DNA from: Candidatus Chlorohelix allophototropha
GTDB lineage: Bacteria > Chloroflexota > Chloroflexia > Chloroheliales > Chloroheliaceae
Assembly: GCF_030389965.1 (NCBI RefSeq)
Contig: NZ_CP128399.1
Coordinates: 1,508,934 to 1,540,933, forward strand
Direction: 5' to 3'
Length of the DNA: 32,000 nt
The notes below the pieces were generated by a model. It ran no database searches and was not told the DNA's origin. It worked only from the letters and a program-made list of their open reading frames with translations. Both the position numbers and the translations under genes were made by a program. Shown one piece after another: positions 26,400 to 32,000 of the stretch; positions within the stretch are counted from its first letter, which is position 1, and each line of letters opens with the position of its first letter.

Positions 26400-26825
26400 T
26401 TAATTCGGTAACAGGGCGATTGCCTCAATCTCGATCATAAAAGACGGACTAGCCAACTTCGTTATCTCTATTGTAGTAATGGCGGGTGGTTTTTCCATAT
26501 TGATATACTGATTGCGAATATCGCGTAGTATCGCTAGGTGCGACATGTACAGTAAGTAAATATTGAGCTTGACCACCTCGTTAAAGGTTGCGCCTACCGA
26601 TTCCAGCGCTACTCTCAGGTTATTAAAAACCTGATGAGCCTGTAGCGCGAAATTTGAACCCCCCACTAATTCACCGTTCCAGTTTACCGGAACTTGCCCT
26701 GAAATATATACCGGACGACCGCTTAAAACCTCTACCACATGCGAATATCCTAATGGTTTGGAGAGACCGGATGGGTTGATAAACCGCGCTTCCGGCGGTA
26801 GTTTGTCAATCATTGTAAATCTCAT
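26400..26825 (-). CDS. RidA/YjgF family reactive-intermediate deaminase
   Basis: PLGYSHVVEV, VYISGQVP, AHQVFNNLRVALESVGATFNEVVKLNIYL and IEIEAIAL show the typical RidA pattern. The start is ATG 26825 or 26813. Confidence 0.85.
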   Translation of the reverse strand: MRFTMIDKLPPEARFINPSGLSKPLGYSHVVEVLSGRPVYISGQVPVNWNGELVGGSNFALQAHQVFNNLRVALESVGATFNEVVKLNIYLLYMSHLAILRDIRNQYINMEKPPAITTIEITKLASPSFMIEIEAIALLPN

Positions 26826-26861
26826 TTCTATTTATTTAAGCGGCACATTTTGCAATCCGCT

Positions 26862-28046
26862 TTATTTATCTTCACCCAACTGCTGTTTGAGTTTGACCAA
26901 CTGTTCTGTAGAAAGCCGATCCAATCTCACACTGAAAAGCTCAATAAAGCTGTCAAGACTGTAGCCTACCAGAAAAGCCGTCACCGGGGAAATGCTCTCG
27001 ACTCCCACCGTAAACGCCATTCCGAAAAGCCCTACCAATATGATAAGATACTTGAGCATTATCATACCGAATTTGACATCAATCAAAGTACCAAGTGTAC
27101 CGAAAGATAATACCGAAGGCAACTCAACATTGCGTTGGCTCTCTTTGTAAACCGAAATCAAAAGATGTACTAGCACCCCCGCGCCAATCGATCCCCAACC
27201 GGTTAAAAAGGTTATTAGGTTAGCGGGTTGGAAAGGCCAGTTGGGAAGAGCGACAAATTGAGCGGCGATGCACAGTATAAAGATAAAGGCTAATGATATT
27301 GCGGGTACTACCGGGAAAACAAAGCCCCATTTTGCCAACCTGTCGGATTTTTTGCTGCAACGGTACACTAACCCTTTTGCGGTTTCAAACCACGCATCCG
27401 GGAGTATATCGGGTTGCAATGCAAAGAGGGTAATTAATTTATTGCGGTCTTCGGCGTAAGGTACTTCATCCTCGAAAACTCGGTGAAACGGCACATAATA
27501 TTCGGCTTTGGTTCGACCTAACCACTTCGCAAGGCGAGTCGGAATGGTCTGATATCCTATCAGAAATTCTACTGAGCGGGTAATTCGCTCAATTTGGTTC
27601 AGGCATTTTAATTGCTCTTGCGCTTCCAGCTTTCCGTCTGGTTTTGCCAGAACCGGATTATATTTTAGCTGTTCCCACAAGTTTAAAAGTTTGCGGATGC
27701 TCTCTACCTGATCCGCTTCTGCTAATAATTCTTGCTGTTCTAGGTCGGCAGTTATTTTATTCAGGTTGTCATAGGTCAATTTCAGATAGGTAGCCTGTGT
27801 ATCGAGCGATTCTTCTCCTTTGCGAACCACCTCTAACGCAGTGCGCATATCCTGAACTTCCGCCCGGTACTGGTACAACAACTTGATAAGCGCTTCGTTG
27901 AACTGATAATTATTTGAAGGTAGCCTATTGCCTTGTTGGTTGCCATCAATGGGCGTTGCCATGAGCGAAGTAGCAACAGCCGATTTTGGAATACTACCTA
28001 TTGGTGGCTGGTTAGGAGTTATACCTATAGACATTTTACCTGACAT
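26862..28046 (-). CDS. hypothetical protein: ~230-aa coiled-coil cytoplasmic region plus C-terminal multi-TM domain
   Basis: This 394-aa ORF lies between hisB and ridA on the same strand. The N-terminal half is heptad-like (LIKLLYQYRAEVQDMRTALEVV..., LNKITADLEQQELLAEADQVESIRKLLNLWEQL). The C-terminal half has 4-5 hydrophobic helices. I do not recognise a family. Confidence 0.55.
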   Translation of the reverse strand: MSGKMSIGITPNQPPIGSIPKSAVATSLMATPIDGNQQGNRLPSNNYQFNEALIKLLYQYRAEVQDMRTALEVVRKGEESLDTQATYLKLTYDNLNKITADLEQQELLAEADQVESIRKLLNLWEQLKYNPVLAKPDGKLEAQEQLKCLNQIERITRSVEFLIGYQTIPTRLAKWLGRTKAEYYVPFHRVFEDEVPYAEDRNKLITLFALQPDILPDAWFETAKGLVYRCSKKSDRLAKWGFVFPVVPAISLAFIFILCIAAQFVALPNWPFQPANLITFLTGWGSIGAGVLVHLLISVYKESQRNVELPSVLSFGTLGTLIDVKFGMIMLKYLIILVGLFGMAFTVGVESISPVTAFLVGYSLDSFIELFSVRLDRLSTEQLVKLKQQLGEDK

Positions 28047-28094
28047 CCTCTCACAAGAGTTTTGAAATATTTATTTTCGAATGTCCCGGATTTA

Positions 28095-28697
28095 CTACTC
28101 GATAACGCCTTTGGTACTGGGCAGCGAGTCGCTGACAATGCGCGCCGATTCTCGCAGCGCTTGGGCGAAACTCTTGAAAACTGCTTCAAGGATATGGTGC
28201 GCGTTTTTGCCGCGTATTTTATCAATGTGCAACGTTAAACCGGAATTGAACGCGACCGCTCGGCAAAACTCCTCAATTAGCTGGCAATCGAACTGCCCCA
28301 CTTTATCCGGCAAGCCCTCTATCTCATACACCAGAAAGGGGCGACCGGATACATCCAGCGCGGTACGTACCAACGTTTCATCCATCGGTACATATGCATG
28401 TCCGTATCGCTGAATACCTACCTTATCACCAAAAGCCTGTTTGAGCGCCTGTCCTAGCGCAATACCCACATCTTCAACCGTATGATGGTCATCAATCCAA
28501 GTATCCCCTTTAGCTTTGATGTTTAAAGTGAGGTTGGCGTGCTTGGCGAACAGCGTTAGCATATGGTCAAAGAAACCAACTCCGGTGGTAACAGTACATT
28601 TACCGTCACCGTCTAGGTTCAATTCTACCAAAATGCTGGTTTCCAGTGTATCGCGCTGTATCCGTCCGCAGCGTCCCGCCTCTATCCTCGGTTCCAA
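28095..28697 (-). CDS. hisB: imidazoleglycerol-phosphate dehydratase
   Basis: RDTLETSILVELNLDGDG, GVGFFDHMLTLFAKH and DDHHTVEDVGIALGQAL are canonical IGPD metal-binding motifs. The start is TTG 28697, with AAGGAGA 8 nt upstream. Confidence 0.95.
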   Translation of the reverse strand: MEPRIEAGRCGRIQRDTLETSILVELNLDGDGKCTVTTGVGFFDHMLTLFAKHANLTLNIKAKGDTWIDDHHTVEDVGIALGQALKQAFGDKVGIQRYGHAYVPMDETLVRTALDVSGRPFLVYEIEGLPDKVGQFDCQLIEEFCRAVAFNSGLTLHIDKIRGKNAHHILEAVFKSFAQALRESARIVSDSLPSTKGVIE

Positions 28698-28840
28698 TGT
28701 TACATTCTCCTTACAAAGGTCTTGAACCTCTTTTATTTATAATTGAGTCATAGTTATAATTTACATTAAGGAGCAGATAAATTGCTCTACAGGGTTATAG
28801 TAAAAGTTACAGACAAGTCATAACAGAAAAAGGTACCGAA

Positions 28841-29269
28841 ATGTCAAAACCGTCGAAGCAACTCTATACTACCACAATTTTATTGATTGAAAACGATACT
28901 AGCTCTCGCGCTGTGATGCACACCTTAATGCAAAAACTGGCAGGGCAACCTGTTCAAATTTACGACACCAGCGACGGGGACGAAGCTTTGAAACTCTTTC
29001 GAGAGAAGCAACCCCAACTTGTTTTCACCGATTTAATTCACCCCGGTCTTGATGGTTGCCGTTTAATTGAAAGAATGCGACATTTAAATCCTTATGTATT
29101 TATCGTGGTTTGTAGCAGTGTAGAATTAATCGGGGAAGTGCGCGGCTATAATTTCTTCCTAGAAAAGCCTTTTGCCACCGCCGATTTCCAGCGTGTTATC
29201 CGCGCTGGGTTAGCACATGCTGAAGATTTGCTGTTACAATCCGCAAATAAACAATTAAAGGCTGTATAA
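28841..29269 (+). CDS. single-domain CheY-like response regulator (intact phospho-acceptor site)
   Basis: ILLIENDT, LVFTDLIHPGLDG (Asp present), VVCSS and FLEKPF (Lys present) are all there. No output domain is present. It is the only plus-strand gene in the his region. Confidence 0.8.
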   Translation: MSKPSKQLYTTTILLIENDTSSRAVMHTLMQKLAGQPVQIYDTSDGDEALKLFREKQPQLVFTDLIHPGLDGCRLIERMRHLNPYVFIVVCSSVELIGEVRGYNFFLEKPFATADFQRVIRAGLAHAEDLLLQSANKQLKAV

Positions 29270-29280
29270 ATAAAAAAATA

Positions 29281-29311
29281 GGAACCGCCGGAGTACAATT
29301 CCGGTGGTTCC
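29281..29311. terminator. bidirectional intrinsic terminator between the receiver gene and the pentapeptide-repeat gene
   Basis: GGAACCGCCGGA (29281-29292) pairs with TCCGGTGGTTCC (29300-29311) in a 12-bp stem with one G-T wobble and a 7-nt loop. An A-run lies on the left (TAAATAAAAAAATA). CTTTTT lies shortly to the right. Confidence 0.6.
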
Positions 29312-29329
29312 CCTCCTGTCTTTTTCCAA

Positions 29330-30040
29330 TTAGTAGTATGTTCTCTTCAGATTTATATCTTTCGCGCCTTTGGCTCTGGTAAAATTAACGCTGTGCATTT
29401 GGGCATGCTCGAAAGATGCGCCCGTGACATCTGAGCCGAAGAAATCCACCCCCCGTGCTTTAACCCGATCGAGATTGGCATTTACCAATTTGGCGTTAAA
29501 GAAGCGCGAGCCATGTATATCCGCGCCGGTAAAAACAGCTTCGGTAAAGTCAACGCCGGCTGCGTAAACTCCTACCAACGAAGCAGATTTGAAGCTTGCC
29601 CCGATTGCCTTTGCGCTATGCAAATCGCAACCGTGCAAATCCGAGTCATCAAAGATTGCGCCGCACAAGTTAGCCCCAATGAAATTTGAACCCATCAATT
29701 TGCATCCGCTCAAGTTGGCGTTGCTCAAATCAGCTTGCCGGAAGCTGACAGCGTGCAAATCAAGTCCGCTCAGGTCTGCGCCGCTCAAATCAACTCGCGA
29801 GAAATTGCCGCGCCAAAATAGCCCGAAGTTGAAGTTGATACCCCGCAACGCCTTGATTACGCTATTGCGATCAAATCTCTTGCGTGCGGAGTTGGCAACT
29901 GGAATATCCTCTACCACTTCATCCCTATTTCCGACCTTTAGCTCTTCATACTCTCCGGCATCCTCAACTGTTAACACTTCAAATTCTTCAGCTTCTTCAA
30001 CTATCGGAATCCTGTTTGCCTTGCCGAATTGATTGCTCAT
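29330..30040 (-). CDS. pentapeptide-repeat protein with acidic N-terminal region
   Basis: A long run of A(D/N)LxX-type repeats is present (ADLSGLDLHAVSFRQADLSNANLSGCKLMGSNFIGANLCGAIFDDSDLHGCDL...). The N-terminal ~60 aa are rich in E and D. Confidence 0.85.
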   Translation of the reverse strand: MSNQFGKANRIPIVEEAEEFEVLTVEDAGEYEELKVGNRDEVVEDIPVANSARKRFDRNSVIKALRGINFNFGLFWRGNFSRVDLSGADLSGLDLHAVSFRQADLSNANLSGCKLMGSNFIGANLCGAIFDDSDLHGCDLHSAKAIGASFKSASLVGVYAAGVDFTEAVFTGADIHGSRFFNAKLVNANLDRVKARGVDFFGSDVTGASFEHAQMHSVNFTRAKGAKDINLKRTYY

Positions 30041-30074
30041 ATTAGTTACCCCTTTTAAATTGCTATAAAGGTGT

Positions 30075-30521
30075 TTACTCTGCGCTACTTGCTTTTATCT
30101 CTGCTTTACTGGGTCGCATGTAGGTGAGGGTGTGGTGTGTGAGAAGAGTGCCGCTTGCCGATACACACTCTGCTACGCCGTAAATCGCGCGCCTACCTGC
30201 CTTCAGAACTTTGGCGGTGCAGTAAATATCTTCATGCTTAGCCCCGGTCAGGAAGTTGGTTTTCATTTCAAGGGTCAGAGTCATACGGGCTTCGTCATAG
30301 CCTGTGCTGGTAGCGATTGCGATCCACATTGCCACATCTGCTACCGCCATATAGACAGGACCTGCCACGTAGCCGCCCGGTCTTTCAAGACCGGAATGGA
30401 ACGGCACTAATATTGTACACTCGCCCTCACCCAGTTTGTGTAGTTTGAATCCATACAGGTTGGTGAAGGATGCTTCCGACAGCATCTCCTGCATTTTTTC
30501 AAAGTCAACCGCGTTTTGCAT
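30075..30521 (-). CDS. PaaI/4HBT-family hotdog-fold thioesterase
   Basis: SFTNLYGFKLHKLGEGECTILVPF...GGYVAGPVYMAVADVAM...GRRAIYGVAEC shows the typical PaaI-type pattern (uncharacterized domain 1). Confidence 0.8.
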   Translation of the reverse strand: MQNAVDFEKMQEMLSEASFTNLYGFKLHKLGEGECTILVPFHSGLERPGGYVAGPVYMAVADVAMWIAIATSTGYDEARMTLTLEMKTNFLTGAKHEDIYCTAKVLKAGRRAIYGVAECVSASGTLLTHHTLTYMRPSKAEIKASSAE

Positions 30522-30580
30522 CTGAATCTTCCCTTTCCGGAGGCGACTAAAAGCATAGGCAGTTACGTTGCCCGTTCCGG

Positions 30581-31696
30581 TTATTGAGTATATATAATTT
30601 GCTTCAGATGCTCAATGAAAATGTCGGTTTGCTCCGGACGACCAACGCTTACCCTGAAAGCATTTTCCAACAACGGCTTATTATAGTGGCGTACCAGCAC
30701 TCCCCGCTTTTCCAGTTCACTTTTGATTAGCTTCGCGCTGCCCTGTTTCAAGCGACAGAAAATAAAGTTTGAGCTACTAGGTAAAGCTTCAAAATAGTCG
30801 CTGAATTCCTGCAATAGACCGTAGAGCCGTTCGCGCTCTGCTACGATTTTTTCAACATGCTCGGCAATCCAGTTGCCTTCGCGCAAACTGGCGCGTGCCG
30901 CTTCTTGCCCTGCCACCGTCACATTATAAGGCTGTTTGATTTTCCACAATTGACGCGCAATTATTTCAGGTACGATGCCGTAACCCACCCGCAAGCCTGC
31001 AAGCCCGCTCAACTTGCTAAAGGTGCGCAACACAATTAGGTTTTCGTATTCGTCAGTCAGTTTGATAAAGCTATGCCCGGCGAAATCGTGGTATGCCTCG
31101 TCCACCACCACGATTTTGCCTGTATCTAGCAATGCTCGCACCACACTTTCCGGGGCGCTATTACCGGTGGGGTTATTGGGGGTGCAGATGAAAATGAGCT
31201 TGGTGTGTTCGTCCACAGCTGCCAACGCTGCTTCTACATCAATGCTGTAATCCTTAATATGGCGTGGTACGCTACGGATTTGGGCGCGATATAGCTCGCC
31301 CAGAAAAGAATACATCCCAAAGGTAGGGGCAAAATCCAGAATATTGTCGCCGGGTGAGATGAATAGCCGAATCAACAATTCCAGCAACTCGTCCGAACCG
31401 CTACCCACAAAAATGCGCTCTTTGCTTACACCTGTATATTTTCCCAGTTCTTCGCGCAAGTTTAGTGCGCTTGGGTCGGGGTAGATATGATAATATTGCT
31501 GGTTTTTGAGGGCTTCCAGCGCGGCGGGTGATGCCCCATAGGGATTCTCGTTCGCGTCTAGTTTCACGAGTTGCTCGATGGGAATACCCAATCGCACGCT
31601 CAGACGGTCGAGTGGCTCAACCGGAGTATATTCTTCTAGTTCTAGCAGGTCGGGGCGCATCATCGCTTCCAAATCGAGGCGCTTTTCGGTAGTCAT
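30581..31696 (-). CDS. hisC: histidinol-phosphate aminotransferase
   Basis: I prefer ATG 31696, preceded by AGGAAAAG, over the track start 31738. KLDANENPYG, ICTPNNPTGN, VVDEAY and RTFSKLSGLAGLRVGY (PLP-Lys) are canonical HisC motifs. Confidence 0.9.
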   Translation of the reverse strand: MTTEKRLDLEAMMRPDLLELEEYTPVEPLDRLSVRLGIPIEQLVKLDANENPYGASPAALEALKNQQYYHIYPDPSALNLREELGKYTGVSKERIFVGSGSDELLELLIRLFISPGDNILDFAPTFGMYSFLGELYRAQIRSVPRHIKDYSIDVEAALAAVDEHTKLIFICTPNNPTGNSAPESVVRALLDTGKIVVVDEAYHDFAGHSFIKLTDEYENLIVLRTFSKLSGLAGLRVGYGIVPEIIARQLWKIKQPYNVTVAGQEAARASLREGNWIAEHVEKIVAERERLYGLLQEFSDYFEALPSSSNFIFCRLKQGSAKLIKSELEKRGVLVRHYNKPLLENAFRVSVGRPEQTDIFIEHLKQIIYTQ

Positions 31697-31748
31697 TGGT
31701 ATCTTTTCCTGTTTAATTTTTGGCGGTACACGAACCACTTTTACTACA

Positions 31749-32000
31749 TTACGATTGTTTTACGGCACGGGTAGCGAAATAATTCGGTATATATTCGCCG
31801 ATGCGTTCGCCCGGTTGAATATCCTCATAGAAGGCTGACAGCAGGAAACCCACTTCGAGTTGTCCGCCAATTAACGATTCGTAGGTGTGGCTAAATTCCA
31901 GTGGCGCATCTTCGGGTAATTGCTGCTTGCGCTCTTCTGCGCTCAGGTTGTGCAAATCCGAATAAGGTAGCGCGTGTCTAACCTGAAAAATCCCCTGCTT
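31749..32000 (-). CDS. C-terminal part of a class I SAM-dependent methyltransferase (5' end outside the window)
   Basis: The reading frame stays open upstream of the track start to the window edge (…KQGIFQVRHALPYSDLHNLSAEER…). The tail LEFSHTYESLIGGQLEVGFLLSAFYED...YFATRAVK resembles the C-termini of a common bacterial Methyltransf_11-containing family. This rests on memory only. Confidence 0.5.
   Translation of the reverse strand, partial: KQGIFQVRHALPYSDLHNLSAEERKQQLPEDAPLEFSHTYESLIGGQLEVGFLLSAFYEDIQPGERIGEYIPNYFATRAVKQS

Noticed and set aside
29330-30040. Short-period nucleotide repetitiveness that might be mistaken for a tandem or CRISPR-like array.
   Set aside because: The periodicity is the 15-nt pentapeptide-repeat coding pattern inside one continuous ORF. 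There are no identical direct repeats separated by unique spacers anywhere in the window.

Overview
This is a 32-kb window from a moderate-GC bacterium. I saw no rRNA, tRNA or CRISPR array, so the taxon cannot be fixed from sequence. The protein flavour is loosely Chloroflexota-like, but that is a guess. I call about 40 protein-coding genes.

The right half (21.6-31.7 kb, all minus strand) is a fragmented histidine-biosynthesis supercluster. The his genes run hisC ... hisB ... hisH-hisA-hisF ... hisI and are interleaved with non-his genes: a PaaI thioesterase, a pentapeptide-repeat protein, a 394-aa coiled-coil membrane protein, RidA, a small membrane protein, a SAM methyltransferase, a MazG/HisE-like protein and DUF2721. 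One CheY-like receiver gene sits antisense within the cluster.

The left half mixes housekeeping and accessory genes:
- a cytidylate-kinase-like/HTH fusion, DUF1330 and an aminotransferase
- a tight NYN - FemAB - GrpB trio
- a low-GC type II restriction-modification cassette, followed by an orphan Rossmann/Cys protein
- a truncated IS1182/IS5-type transposase and a degenerate receiver domain
- a membrane-anchored RWD/UEV-like protein and an isochorismatase
- a DUF951-MFS-glycosidase operon and a cytoplasmic hybrid histidine kinase
- rarA and an EXORDIUM-like - secreted PLD - small protein operon

Nothing here is a proven new system. My three best candidates for something undescribed are:
1. 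The NYN/FemAB/GrpB block abutting the R-M cassette, as a possible RNA/tRNA-centred conflict or cell-wall module.
2. The plant-type PHI-1/EXORDIUM-like protein operonic with a secreted PLD.
3. A roughly 190-230-nt paralogous 5' leader with a covarying hairpin, upstream of two unrelated genes.

All family assignments are motif recognition by eye. No database search was run.
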